Of a stretch of DNA of 64,000 bases, positions 31,178 through 41,107 are shown in pieces. The notes below the pieces were generated by a model, which saw only the letters and a program-made list of their open reading frames with translations, was not told the origin of the DNA and did no database searches. The position numbers and the translations under genes were made by a program. The stretch is from an uncultured bacterium (GTDB lineage Bacteria > Auribacterota > Erginobacteria > Erginobacterales > Erginobacteraceae): positions 128,001-192,000 of the forward strand of contig CAWGIE010000007.1 in the NCBI GenBank assembly GCA_963822585.1, given 5' to 3'. The stretch's first letter is position 1. Each line of letters begins with the position of its first letter.

Positions 31178-31302
31178 TGGACTGATGAAGTGTTAGGGCA
31201 ATTACTCCAGAGCCGCCTGTTGCGTTATACTCTTTAATTCATTATTCCATTGTTTCACTGCTCTGACCGGACTTCTTCGTGTCCTTCGTGTCCTTCGTGG
31301 TT
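31134..31302. repeat. Family D: AACCACGAAGGACACGAAG / CTTCGTGTCCTTCGTGGTT inverted arms
   Basis: Also at 11200-11298, 42967-43050 and as a half copy at 47757-47784. Confidence 0.88.
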
Positions 31303-31318
31303 TCCAACATCATGTACT

Positions 31319-32202
31319 ATGATTGTTGGTTTAAGAATTGACGTCGACACTTATAACGGCACCCGGAGCGGTGTTCCCGTGCTCCTTGATATTTTGGCCC
31401 GGGAAGGCATCCGGGCATCCTTTTTTTCTCTCTCGGCCGAGATAACATGGGACGGCACATCCGGCGGCTATTGAAACCGCGGTTTCTTCTCAAGATGCTG
31501 AGGAGCAACGCCGCCGGACTCTACGGCTGGGATATCCTCCTCCGGGGTACTTTCTGGCCCGGACCCGATATCACGCCGATTCTCTCCCCCTCTCTCCGGC
31601 GGGCTGACCGGGACGGCCATGAGATCGGGCTCCACGCCCTGGATCACCACCGGTGGCAGCAGAACGCGCATAAATTCAGCGTGGAGGAAATCACCGGGGA
31701 GTTGCGGGAAGGGTGCCGGATGATCGGGGAGATCACCGGGAGGAAACCGGACTGTTTCGCCGCCCCCGGCTGGAAAGGGACCGAAAATCTGCTCCGGGCC
31801 GAAGAGAATCTCCCTCTCCGGTACGCCAGTGACTGCCGGGGGAGAGACGTCTTCCGGCCGCGGGTCGACGGCCGGGCCGGAGCGGTCCCCCAGGTCCCGG
31901 TTACGCTGCCCACCTATGACGAAGTGATCGGCGGCGGTGGGCTCAGTGACCATACCTATAATGAGTACATCTTCTCGCTGATGGTGGACGGTCGCCCCAA
32001 TATCCTGACCATCCACGCCGAGGTGGAGGGAATGAATAAACGGTGGCTGTTCGATGAATTCATCGAGAAGGCACGGAAACGTTCGATCACTTTTACCCCG
32101 CTCGGGTCGTTTCTCTCCGCCGATCCCTCCGCTATCCCGACGGGGACCATGGGGAGGGGAACGATCCCCGGACGCGAAGGTTGGGTGGCAATCCAGAAAT
32201 AA
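31319..32202 (+). CDS. arnD: Undecaprenyl-phosphate Ara4FN deformylase (frameshift at T7 31421-31427)
   Basis: [11 protein letters not shown] joins [27 protein letters not shown] if one T is added; [13 protein letters not shown]. Confidence 0.9.
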
Positions 32203-32257
32203 GGTAAGCCAGCACTTTAACCGGCGTCCGGTTGAGCGGACGCACTAATGAAAGAGA

Positions 32258-33040
32258 GTGATCCCTATGATGAAAACCACCGATAACCATCGGAAGGAAC
32301 TTCCCCCGATACTCTGGCTCGGTTTTCCCATCGCCAGCCTGTTGATCTTCTGGCTCACGCCCCTGTTGGGGTGTCAGTGGTGGCAATTGCTGATGACCGG
32401 CGAACACGGATTTGTCGAAAACGGCACCTTCGTTTTCCTGCTGCCGGCGATTGTCCTGGGTGCCGTCCTGGCAAAACGTTTCCTTCGCTTTCCTCTGCTT
32501 TCCTCCCGCTCGGCCCGCATTATGGCCGCGGCGATGCTGGCCTTCGCCGCCTGCGCTTTTTACTTCGCGGGGGAGGAGATCGATTGGGGACAGGTCTGGT
32601 TTCATTGGAAGACCCCCGAGCAGTGGGCCGCCGTCAATTATCAACAGGAGACCAGCCTGCACAACATCGAGGGGTTGAGCATCCTGAACAACATACCCCG
32701 CTTTCTTCTCCTGATCATCACCATCGTGGGCGGGATTATCCTGCCGCTGCTTCCGACTTTCCGGCGCCGGCCCGGGGAAGAAGGCAAACTCCGGTATTAT
32801 CTGATCCCATCCTGGCGGATCATCCCCGCGGCGGTGATCGCCGCCTGCATCTCGCTCCCGCACAAAGCGTTCGAGAAAGGATATGAAAAAATCCACCTCC
32901 CCTCCGATTATTCTTTCTCCTACATGGCCTTCGCCGCCAACAGCGGCGAGATGAAGGAATACGGATTCGCCCTGGTGATGCTGCTCTACGTGGTGGGGAT
33001 GTATATTCTGGTCCGGTACCATGATCAATACCAGGCTTAA
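32258..33040 (+). CDS. Membrane protein with EEIDWG..SLHN motif
   Basis: About 6 TM segments; EHGFVEN, GEEIDWGQ, QETSLHN, GEMKEY. Confidence 0.75.
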   Translation: MIPMMKTTDNHRKELPPILWLGFPIASLLIFWLTPLLGCQWWQLLMTGEHGFVENGTFVFLLPAIVLGAVLAKRFLRFPLLSSRSARIMAAAMLAFAACAFYFAGEEIDWGQVWFHWKTPEQWAAVNYQQETSLHNIEGLSILNNIPRFLLLIITIVGGIILPLLPTFRRRPGEEGKLRYYLIPSWRIIPAAVIAACISLPHKAFEKGYEKIHLPSDYSFSYMAFAANSGEMKEYGFALVMLLYVVGMYILVRYHDQYQA

Positions 33041-33173
33041 ATTAATCGCGCAGAACAGAAAGTTGCTGATATGGAGTATTGGAGTACTGGGATACTGGAG
33101 TATTGGAAAGAGACGTCTCACTTCCCATTAATTAATCCTCTCCTCAGTAATTACTGCTTCAAATTGAATTCTG

Positions 33174-34838
33174 GTGAACAATTCAAAAAAGTTCGGATAC
33201 GCGGAACTGCTGCTCATGCTGGCCGCCTGTTTTCTTCTTCTCTGGGCGGTCGGCGACCGCGGACTCTGGGCGGCGGAGGGACGATGGGCCGAGATCAATC
33301 GGGAGATGTTCTTAACCGGTGATTTCTTTCACCCCACCATCAACGGGGATCCGTACTTCGACAAACCGCTTCTGACCTACTGGCTGATCTCGCTGGTCTC
33401 CGCGTTCAGCGGGACTCTTAATGAGTGGACCGTCCGCATACCCGGCGCTTTGGCCGGGCTGGGGGCGGTCTGGGCCACCATGCGGCTGGGCCGGCGACTC
33501 TGGTCCCGCCGGACGGGATTGATCGGGGGATGGTTCCTGCTCACCGGGTACGGATTTCTCTTCTGGTCCCGGACCGCCACCGCCGAATCCGAGAATCTTT
33601 TCGCCATTGTCCTCTGCGTCGCCTGGTACTGGGCCCGGCGGGGCCGCTGGAACTTCGGCTCCTTCCTGGTCTTCTGGCTGATCGCCTTCCTGGGAGCGCT
33701 GACCAAGGGTCTGACCGCGGTCATAGTCCCGGTTTTAGCGATCGCCCCGGACCTGCTCCGGGAACGGCGCTGGAGGACCTGGCTCTCCCCCGCGCAGTTT
33801 TTGGCACTGGGGCTGGCGGCCGCGGTTTACCTGGCACCGTTCATCTATGCCTCCCTGACCAGACCTGAATACGGCGAGAGCGGCCTGACCCTGGTCTTTG
33901 AAGAGAATATTCTTCGCTACTTCAAGCCCTTCGACCACAAAGACCCGATTTATGTCTACCTCTACCAGATTCCGCTTCTTTTCCTTCCCTGGACGCCGCT
34001 CTTTTTGGCGGCAGTGGCCGGGACACTTACCGGCTGGAAGCATCTGGATGAGAAGACCCGCTGGCTGATTCAGGCGGCAGCCCTGATCTTCCTCTTCTTC
34101 ACTCTTTCCGGCTCCCGGCGAAGCTATTATATCCTGCCGATCTTCCCCTTCTGCGCTCTCTGGACGGCTGTTTTCACCGTCCATCTTACATCGGGAGGGC
34201 TGCGGCTTTTCCGGCAATGGGGAATCCGTGTCCAGGCGATCCTGGCCGGCATCCTGGCGGCGGGAGCCGTTATCCTCCCCCCTCTCTGGGTCCTTTTTCG
34301 GGGAAGGGTCGCTTTCATCCCTCCCCCTGTTCTTTTACCGGTTATTCTGGCTCTTGGTCTCGGGGCGACGGCTCTGGGACTAGCCAGCTTCCGGGCGACC
34401 CGGTCCTCGCCGCGGACGCTGCCGGCATTGATCGGGATGATGGCGGTTCTTCTGGGCGGGTACTTCTGCTTTATCCTCCCCGCCCTCGATATCTACCGGA
34501 CCGAGCGCGCCTTCGGCATCGAACTGGGGAAAAAGACCGCCGGCATCCCTCCCGATAAGATAGCTTTCTACCCGGATGTCCGGTCGAATATGATCTTTTA
34601 CCTGGATAAGGAACACCCGGTCCGGGTATTCGATGAGGATGACGAGGAAGAGCTGCAAGCTTTTCTGGCGGCCACACCCGGCGCGGTGCTCGTCGCCAAA
34701 CGCCGCTATGAGCCGCGTCTGCGCCCGCTTTTTCCGCCGCGGCGGGTGCCCGGCGCTATGGTTCTGGAGACGGTTTATCCCTGGGAAAAGAAGCGGGCGA
34801 ACGGCCGGCGGGCGGCCTGGTTCTTTCCCGGCAAATAA
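33174..34838 (+). CDS. ArnT-family glycosyltransferase 4 (divergent)
   Basis: AEGRWAEINREM, PYFDKPLLTYW, LTKG, SRRSYYILP. Confidence 0.88.
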   Translation: MNNSKKFGYAELLLMLAACFLLLWAVGDRGLWAAEGRWAEINREMFLTGDFFHPTINGDPYFDKPLLTYWLISLVSAFSGTLNEWTVRIPGALAGLGAVWATMRLGRRLWSRRTGLIGGWFLLTGYGFLFWSRTATAESENLFAIVLCVAWYWARRGRWNFGSFLVFWLIAFLGALTKGLTAVIVPVLAIAPDLLRERRWRTWLSPAQFLALGLAAAVYLAPFIYASLTRPEYGESGLTLVFEENILRYFKPFDHKDPIYVYLYQIPLLFLPWTPLFLAAVAGTLTGWKHLDEKTRWLIQAAALIFLFFTLSGSRRSYYILPIFPFCALWTAVFTVHLTSGGLRLFRQWGIRVQAILAGILAAGAVILPPLWVLFRGRVAFIPPPVLLPVILALGLGATALGLASFRATRSSPRTLPALIGMMAVLLGGYFCFILPALDIYRTERAFGIELGKKTAGIPPDKIAFYPDVRSNMIFYLDKEHPVRVFDEDDEEELQAFLAATPGAVLVAKRRYEPRLRPLFPPRRVPGAMVLETVYPWEKKRANGRRAAWFFPGK

Positions 34839-35120
34839 CTCCGGGAGACCGGGCCGTTTCAATTACCCTGCTGGTTTTTCGTTGACGGAATCAACGGCTC
34901 TGCCTAGATTAGCTGTTTCACCGCTGGTTGACCGTTTCGAAATTTCCCCGATAGGTATCGGTTACGTCTATGGCGCCCAATAATCTTATTTCTCCGGTGG
35001 GAAAATAAAAGAAATCAATCAATTTTGCCGGACTATTTTAAAGTCAATTCGTGTAATTCGCGAAATTCGTAGTTTTTTGTTGCCCGAGCGGAGCGCGGGC
35101 TCGGATCGGGGAAATTTCTC

Positions 35121-35576
35121 ATGGATTGGCTGATCGACGGATATAATCTCCTGATCTCAAACGACCTCGGACATGATGAAGCGTCGCGCGGCCGCTTCCG
35201 GTCCCGGATCGCCGGGCATTTCTCCGGTAAACAGGTCCGGGTCAGCGTCGTTTACGACAGCAAAAACAGCCTCACCATTCAACGGGAGCGGATTACCGGC
35301 AATCTTACTGAAATCTACGTCAGCAACGCCGATCAATATCTCATCGATACCGTAGAGCGGCACCCCCACCCCCGTTCGATCGTCCTGGTAACCGACGACC
35401 GGGAGATCATGGCTCTCGTCGGCAAGAGCAGGCCGCAGCACATGAGTACCGCTGCATTCCTTTCCCTGATCGCCTCCCCCGCTGTTCATCGTCCCCCGGG
35501 ACCGGAAAAACCGGAACGCGACACTCCGGAAAATATCCAGCGCTATCTCCGAATTTTCACGGAGAACGGGCCTTGA
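35121..35576 (+). CDS. NYN-domain (YacP-like) protein
   Basis: LIDGYNL, VVYD, ADQYL, VTDDRE acidic motifs. Confidence 0.85.
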   Translation: MDWLIDGYNLLISNDLGHDEASRGRFRSRIAGHFSGKQVRVSVVYDSKNSLTIQRERITGNLTEIYVSNADQYLIDTVERHPHPRSIVLVTDDREIMALVGKSRPQHMSTAAFLSLIASPAVHRPPGPEKPERDTPENIQRYLRIFTENGP

Positions 35577-35630
35577 CAGGAATAAACGGGGGGTGTAGAT
35601 TGTAACAACAACCTATAAACCATATTTATA
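35573..35630 (+). promoter_or_regulatory. Sigma70 promoter with a downstream operator-like inverted repeat
   Basis: TTGACA(35573)-N17-TAGATT; TATAAA-N5-TTTATA at 35614-35630. Confidence 0.6.
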
Positions 35631-35642
35631 AGTAACTTTAAT

Positions 35643-35972
35643 ATGAACTTCACAGATATTCAAAAAAACCACCACGACCAGCCGCTCTTTACCATCGGGA
35701 TTGTTGCCGATATGATCGGAGTCACCCAAACCACGCTCCGTATCTGGGAGAAGAAAGGGCTGATCAAACCCCAACGGCGGGGGAAGAACCGCTATTACTC
35801 GTACCATGACCTGGGGAAACTGAAAGAGATCCATCACCTTCTCCAGGTCAAGAAGATGAACATCGCCGGCGTCAGGAACCTGCTGGAACGGGAACAATGC
35901 TGGGATATCAAGCAGTGCGGGGACCTCAAAGATAATTGCCCTGTTTATAAGGCATCGGTTAACAAGGAATAA
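35643..35972 (+). CDS. MerR/HspR-like regulator with C-terminal CWxxxxC..CPxY motif
   Basis: FTIGIVADMIGVTQTTLRIWEKKGLIKP.R; CWDIKQCGDLKDNCPVY. Confidence 0.88.
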   Translation: MNFTDIQKNHHDQPLFTIGIVADMIGVTQTTLRIWEKKGLIKPQRRGKNRYYSYHDLGKLKEIHHLLQVKKMNIAGVRNLLEREQCWDIKQCGDLKDNCPVYKASVNKE

Positions 35973-36106
35973 ATCCTGGATATCGGACCTCAAATAACCC
36001 GCCGGGCGAACACCGTGTTCACCCGGCATTGATGTCTCATCTGTCGGATCCGACCGATTCGTCCGATAGGCATAAAATAATCAACGGACTTTAATAGGAG
36101 GCGGCT

Positions 36107-37039
36107 ATGAGTAAGAGAGCGTCAACGGTACTTGACCTGGTTGGAAATACCCCGTTGGTGGAACTCTCCGCCCTGACCGACGGGGATGACGCCGCCATCT
36201 GGGCCAAGCTGGAGAGCTTCAATCCCCTGAGCAGCGTCAAGGATCGAATCTGTCTGGCCATGGTTACTGCGGCGGAAAAAGACGGGACGCTGCGGCCCGG
36301 GGGGACCATTATCGAGCCGACCAGCGGCAATACCGGTATCGGCCTGGCCATGGTTTCGGCGGTCCGGGGATATCGCCTCATTCTCACCATGCCCGATACG
36401 ATGAGCATGGAGCGGCGCAATCTTCTCGCCGCGCTGGGAGCGAGACTGGTCCTCACGCCGGGCAAGAACGGGATGAAGGGAGCGATCGAGGAGGCGAAAA
36501 AGCTCGTTGGGGAAACGCCTTCCGCCGTCATGCTCGATCAGTTTTCGAACCCGGCCAACCCTGATATTCACCGGAAGACCACCGGACCGGAGATCATCGA
36601 ACAGGCGCCGGTACCGGTGGACTCCTTCGTTGCCGGTGTCGGCACCGGAGGAACGATTACCGGGGCTGGAGAAGTACTGAAAGCCCGTTATCCCGATGTG
36701 CTGATCGTGGCGGTGGAACCGGAAGATTCACCGGTACTCTCCGGGGGCAATCCGGGCCCCCACAAGATCCAGGGCATCGGGGCCGGGTTCGTTCCTGAGG
36801 TACTGGACCGGGAGATCATTGACGAGATCATCCTGGTCACCTATGATAACGCCCGGGAGACCGCCCGGCGCCTGGCCGGAAAAGCCGGGATACTGGGCGG
36901 GATCAGTTCCGGGGCCAATGTCTGGGCGGCCCTCCAGGTAGCCCGAAGACTGGGTAAAGGAAAAACGGTTGTCACCGTCATCTGCGATACGGGCGAACGG
37001 TACCTGAGCACCGATCTTTTTAGTTCACATAACGTTTGA
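36107..37039 (+). CDS. cysK: Cysteine synthase A
   Basis: [41 protein letters not shown]. Confidence 0.96.
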   Translation: MSKRASTVLDLVGNTPLVELSALTDGDDAAIWAKLESFNPLSSVKDRICLAMVTAAEKDGTLRPGGTIIEPTSGNTGIGLAMVSAVRGYRLILTMPDTMSMERRNLLAALGARLVLTPGKNGMKGAIEEAKKLVGETPSAVMLDQFSNPANPDIHRKTTGPEIIEQAPVPVDSFVAGVGTGGTITGAGEVLKARYPDVLIVAVEPEDSPVLSGGNPGPHKIQGIGAGFVPEVLDREIIDEIILVTYDNARETARRLAGKAGILGGISSGANVWAALQVARRLGKGKTVVTVICDTGERYLSTDLFSSHNV

Positions 37040-37188
37040 CATCCAGCATCGAACATTGTAGGGGCGATCCTCTGTGTTCACCCGGATGTCCACTCAGTCT
37101 GATCCGTCGGATCCGACAGATCCGTCTGATATCAATCAAAAAAGGGCGGGACGGGGGTAAATTCTCCGTTTAAAAGGGTTATCAATAC

Positions 37189-38394
37189 ATGAGCAAGACG
37201 ATCGCGGAGATAAACGAGAAGATCAAGGCGGGGAAAGCGGTTGTCCTGACCGCCGAAGAATTGATCGCGATGGTCGGGGAAACAGGGGTCGCGAAAGCGG
37301 CGGCGAAGGTGGATGTGGTCACCACCGGCACCATGGGCCCCATGTGTTCCTCCGGGGCTTATTTTAATATCGGCCAGGGGAAACCCAAACTGAAGTTGGG
37401 CGGCGGCCATGCCACCCTCAACGATATCCCCGTCTATACCGGCCTGGCTGCCGGAGACTTCATCGTCGGGGCCACCGCCCTCTCCGAAAACGATCCCCGG
37501 AACAGGATCTACCCGGGCCGGTTCGCTTACGGAGGCGGCCACGTTATCGAGGATCTGGTTTCAGGTAAAGATCTGCGTTTTGTAGCCCATGCCTACGGGA
37601 CTGACTGCTATCCGCGCCGGGAACTCTCCACCTGGCTCAACCTCAAGGATTTGAATGAGGCGGTACTCTTCAACCCCCGCAACATCTACCAGAATTACAA
37701 CGTGGCCGTGAACTGTTCCAACCGGGTCATCTATACCTACATGGGAGTATTGAAACCGAACCTGGGCAATGCCAGCTACTGCAGCGCCGGGCAGCTTTCT
37801 CCGCTGCTCAAGGACCCCCGCTTCATGACCATCGGCATCGGGACCCGGGTTTTTCTGGGCGGGGGGACAGGCTACATTGCCTGGTGGGGCACCCAGCATA
37901 ACACCGCGGTCGAGACCGATCGGCACGGGGTCCCGACCGCGCCGGCGGGATCGGCCGCCCTGATCGGCGATCTCAAGCAGATGAGCCCGGAGTGGCTCAA
38001 GGGTGCCAGTTTTACCGGGTACGGCGCTACCCTGGTCGTCGGGGTGGGTGTGCCGATACCGGTCATCAATGAGGAAATCTGCCGGTGCGCGGCTTTGACG
38101 GATGAAGACCTCATGACCAGGATCGTTGACTACGGCCGGGATTATCCCCAGGGCCGGGACGGCAACTTCGGCACCGTTACCTACGCCCGGCTGAAGAGTG
38201 GAACCATCCGGATCCGGGACCGGGAAGTCCCGACCTCTTCTCTCTCCAGCTATCCCCGGGCCCGGCGCATCGCGGAGATTTTAAAGGAATGGATCCGGGC
38301 CGGGAAATTTTTCCTGACCGAGCGGGTTGCCGATTTCCCCGGTCCCGGCAGCGGATACGCCTACCATCCCCTCAAGGAACGCCCGTTGACTTAA
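37189..38394 (+). CDS. Homocysteine biosynthesis protein (DUF39, aspartate-semialdehyde sulfurtransferase type)
   Basis: KTIAEINEKI..G.AVV.TAEE, DVVTTGT.GPMCSSG, YGTDCYPR, NPRN.YQNY. Confidence 0.88.
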   Translation: MSKTIAEINEKIKAGKAVVLTAEELIAMVGETGVAKAAAKVDVVTTGTMGPMCSSGAYFNIGQGKPKLKLGGGHATLNDIPVYTGLAAGDFIVGATALSENDPRNRIYPGRFAYGGGHVIEDLVSGKDLRFVAHAYGTDCYPRRELSTWLNLKDLNEAVLFNPRNIYQNYNVAVNCSNRVIYTYMGVLKPNLGNASYCSAGQLSPLLKDPRFMTIGIGTRVFLGGGTGYIAWWGTQHNTAVETDRHGVPTAPAGSAALIGDLKQMSPEWLKGASFTGYGATLVVGVGVPIPVINEEICRCAALTDEDLMTRIVDYGRDYPQGRDGNFGTVTYARLKSGTIRIRDREVPTSSLSSYPRARRIAEILKEWIRAGKFFLTERVADFPGPGSGYAYHPLKERPLT

Positions 38395-38460
38395 ATGGAT
38401 GAACAACGCCGATTGGCGAATTTGGCAGGATTGAGATTGCCCGAATACATCCCGAAGAGA

Positions 38461-38615
38461 AAAATTCTAAATCCTAATATCGAAATCCTAAATAAGTCAT
38501 AAATCCAAATCATCGAATGTTCCAAACAGTATAGATCTTGAATTCATTAATTTTAATTTGTGATTTTGAGCATTTGCTATTGTTTAGGATTTCGGATTTA
38601 GAAATTAGGATTTTT
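38461..38615. repeat. Family B internal arms, copy 2
   Basis: aaattctaaatcctaatatcgaaatcctaaat ... tgtttaggatttcggatttagaaattaggattt. Confidence 0.85.
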
Positions 38616-38689
38616 AATTGAAGAGCTTGTTGAACAAATTTCACATTGCAATTAAGTTTGAAATTTAAATCATTCTTGAGAGGCAATCC

Positions 38690-39097
38690 ATGGTCTCCAA
38701 ACGCATAGTTCTGCATTTTCCCAAAGATCTGGTCAGCGTCCCGATCATGAGCCGGCTGGTGAAGGAATACGACCTGGAGTGTAATATCCTGAAAGCGAAC
38801 ATCACCCCTCGGCAGGTGGGCATCATGATCCTGGGCCTGAAAGGAGAGAATAAAAACTACAAGCTGGCAATCGCCTACCTGAAGAGCCTGAAGGTCACGG
38901 TGCAGCCACTCAGCCAGGATGTTACCAGAAACGCGGAGCGGTGTACCGACTGCGGCGCCTGCGTCTCCATCTGCCCCTCCCAGGCCCTGACCAAGGATCC
39001 GGAGACCCAGGAAATTCGTTTTGACAAAAACGCCTGCATCGGCTGTGAGCTCTGCATCCCCGCCTGCCCGATGGGGGCGATGGAAGTGCACTTCTAA
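38690..39097 (+). CDS. NIL domain plus 2x[4Fe-4S] ferredoxin (partner of the DUF39 protein)
   Basis: NIL motif; CTDCGACVSICP and CIGCELCIPACP. Confidence 0.92.
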   Translation: MVSKRIVLHFPKDLVSVPIMSRLVKEYDLECNILKANITPRQVGIMILGLKGENKNYKLAIAYLKSLKVTVQPLSQDVTRNAERCTDCGACVSICPSQALTKDPETQEIRFDKNACIGCELCIPACPMGAMEVHF

Positions 39098-39148
39098 CCA
39101 GATTTAAGCTGCCCACCGGCAGCTTAAATCTGGTTAGTTTTGAACAAT
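39094..39148 (+). terminator. Perfect 20-bp hairpin followed by TTTTGAACAAT
   Basis: ctaaccagatttaagctgcc-cacc-ggcagcttaaatctggttag. Confidence 0.65.
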
Positions 39149-39184
39149 TTCAGAGGGAGATAATTCGCTCTTTCTGAATTTCAA

Positions 39185-39280
39185 TAACGTAGTGTGAAGT
39201 GTGAGGTGTAACGGGGACAGTTCCATTACACTTTAAACATTACACTTTACACTACAAGTTGCGCCGGAGGCGCTAACTTG
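39185..39280. repeat. Family A element, copy 2 (inverted relative to 290-385)
   Basis: Direct alignment with the reverse complement of 290-385. Confidence 0.85.
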
Positions 39281-39284
39281 TATC

Positions 39285-40481
39285 ATGAAAACAGTTTATC
39301 TCGATCATAATGCCACTACCCCGGTCCGGGAAGAAGTCCTGGAGGCGATGTTTGCTATCTACCGGGGAGTCACCGGCAATCCCTCGAGCATTCATTCATT
39401 CGGACGGGAGGCCCGGAAAGAGGTGGAAGAAGGCCGGGCCCGGGTCGCCGGCGCCATCGGAGCGCGGCCGGAAGAGATCGTCTTTACCGGCGGCGGGACC
39501 GAAGCCGATAACCTGGCCGTCCAGGGGGTTGCTTACGCGTACCGTAAAAAGGGCGACCATATCATCACTTCGACCATCGAACACCCTGCCGTTCTTCATG
39601 CCTGCCGCTTTCTGGAGAAGGAGGGATTCACCGTCACCTACCTCCCGGTCAGCCGGGAAGGATTGGTCGATCCCGCGGAAGTGGAAAAGGCGATCCGGCC
39701 GGAAACTATTCTGATCACGATCATGACGGCAAACAACGAGACCGGCGTCATCCAGCCGATCGCGGAGATCGGGGAGATCGCCCGGAAGAAAGAGGTCCCC
39801 TTCCATACCGACGCCATCCAGGGGTTGGGGAAGATCCCTCTCTCGGTCACGGAACTTAATGCCGGGCTCATGTCCCTTTCCGCTCACAAGGTTTACGGCC
39901 CCAAAGGGGTGGGCGCTCTCTACATCCGCAAGGGGATACGCCTCCGCCCGCTCACCTACGGCGGTCATCATGAGAAGGGCAAGCGGCCGGGAACCGAGAA
40001 CGTGGCCGGGATCGTCGGCTTCGGGAAGGCCTGCGAACTGGCGACGGCCGAGCTGACGCGGGAGGCGGACCGCCTGCGCGTCCTCCGGGACCGCCTCTGC
40101 AGCGATATCTCGGAGCAGATCTCCCATGTCAAGCTCAACGGGGCGCCGGGCCGGAGACTCCCCAACACGCTCAACATGAGCTTCGAATTCGTGGAGGGGG
40201 AAGGTATCCTGCTGGGGCTGGAGGAGAGCGGGATAGCGGCCGCTACCGGATCGGCCTGCACTTCCGGTGAGCTGGCTCCCTCCCATGTTTTGAGCGCGAT
40301 GGGGGTGCCGGCGGCGCTGGCCCAGGGATCCATCCGTTTCTCGCTGGGCCGGGAGAATACGCTGGAAGATATCACCTATACCGCAAAGGCGCTGATTCCC
40401 GTCGTTGAACGCCTCCGGCTGATGTCGCCGTTTTACGACCAGACTCGGGACGGAACGGATTCGGGAGGAGAAAACACATGA
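39285..40481 (+). CDS. nifS: Cysteine desulfurase
   Basis: YLDHNATTP, GNPSS, LSAHK, TGSACTS. Confidence 0.93.
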   Translation: MKTVYLDHNATTPVREEVLEAMFAIYRGVTGNPSSIHSFGREARKEVEEGRARVAGAIGARPEEIVFTGGGTEADNLAVQGVAYAYRKKGDHIITSTIEHPAVLHACRFLEKEGFTVTYLPVSREGLVDPAEVEKAIRPETILITIMTANNETGVIQPIAEIGEIARKKEVPFHTDAIQGLGKIPLSVTELNAGLMSLSAHKVYGPKGVGALYIRKGIRLRPLTYGGHHEKGKRPGTENVAGIVGFGKACELATAELTREADRLRVLRDRLCSDISEQISHVKLNGAPGRRLPNTLNMSFEFVEGEGILLGLEESGIAAATGSACTSGELAPSHVLSAMGVPAALAQGSIRFSLGRENTLEDITYTAKALIPVVERLRLMSPFYDQTRDGTDSGGENT

Positions 40482-40861
40482 GTGACGATTCTTTATACAG
40501 TGAAAAAGTAATGGATCATTTTCATCATCCCCGGAACGTCGGGAAGATCGACGATGCCGACGGCGTCGGTACGGTCGGCAACCCGGTTTGCGGCGATGTC
40601 ATGAAGCTGTACATCAAGGTCAATGACAACCGCATCACCGACGCCAAGTTCCAGACCTTCGGCTGCGGCGCGGCCATCGCCACCAGTTCCATGGTCACCG
40701 AGATGGCCAGGGGAAAAACACTGGAGGAGGCGATCGCCCTCTCCAACAAGGAGGTGGCGGCGGCGCTGGACGGCCTCCCCCCGGCCAAGATGCACTGCTC
40801 GATGCTCGGGGAAGAAGCCCTGAAAGCGGCGATTGAGGATTACCGGAAAAAACAAAACTGA
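40478..40861 (+). CDS. nifU: Fe-S scaffold protein
   Basis: GNPVCGD, FGCGAAIA, LPPAKMHCS. Confidence 0.93.
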   Translation: MSDDSLYSEKVMDHFHHPRNVGKIDDADGVGTVGNPVCGDVMKLYIKVNDNRITDAKFQTFGCGAAIATSSMVTEMARGKTLEEAIALSNKEVAAALDGLPPAKMHCSMLGEEALKAAIEDYRKKQN

Positions 40862-41107
40862 ACGTCCAACGTCGAACGTCCCACACCGAACATCGAACGA
40901 TCCCCAGGAGCGCCTTCCGTTGTCGACCGAATAACCAATAACCAATCTCCAATAACCAATATCCAGATACATTGCGGCGATAGTGGCTGGGATAATTGCA
41001 GATTGGAAGTTGGCCGTTGGAAATTGGACATTCATTATGGGTGGGCGAGGCGAGGGTAATAGTCTTGTCCCAAAATCGTCTTGTCTAAATAAAAGGGCCG
41101 GGAACGG

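Noticed and set aside
38510..39091. 193-aa minus-strand ORF, and the 5' extensions of ORFs at 17764, 13248, 43027 and 51704
   Set aside because: The ORF is antisense to the NIL-ferredoxin gene; the extensions run through repeat or intergenic DNA, and downstream starts fit the protein families better.
290..39280. DGR template/variable repeat pair for the two family A copies
   Set aside because: Both copies are intergenic, mismatches are not confined to adenines, and no reverse transcriptase is present.
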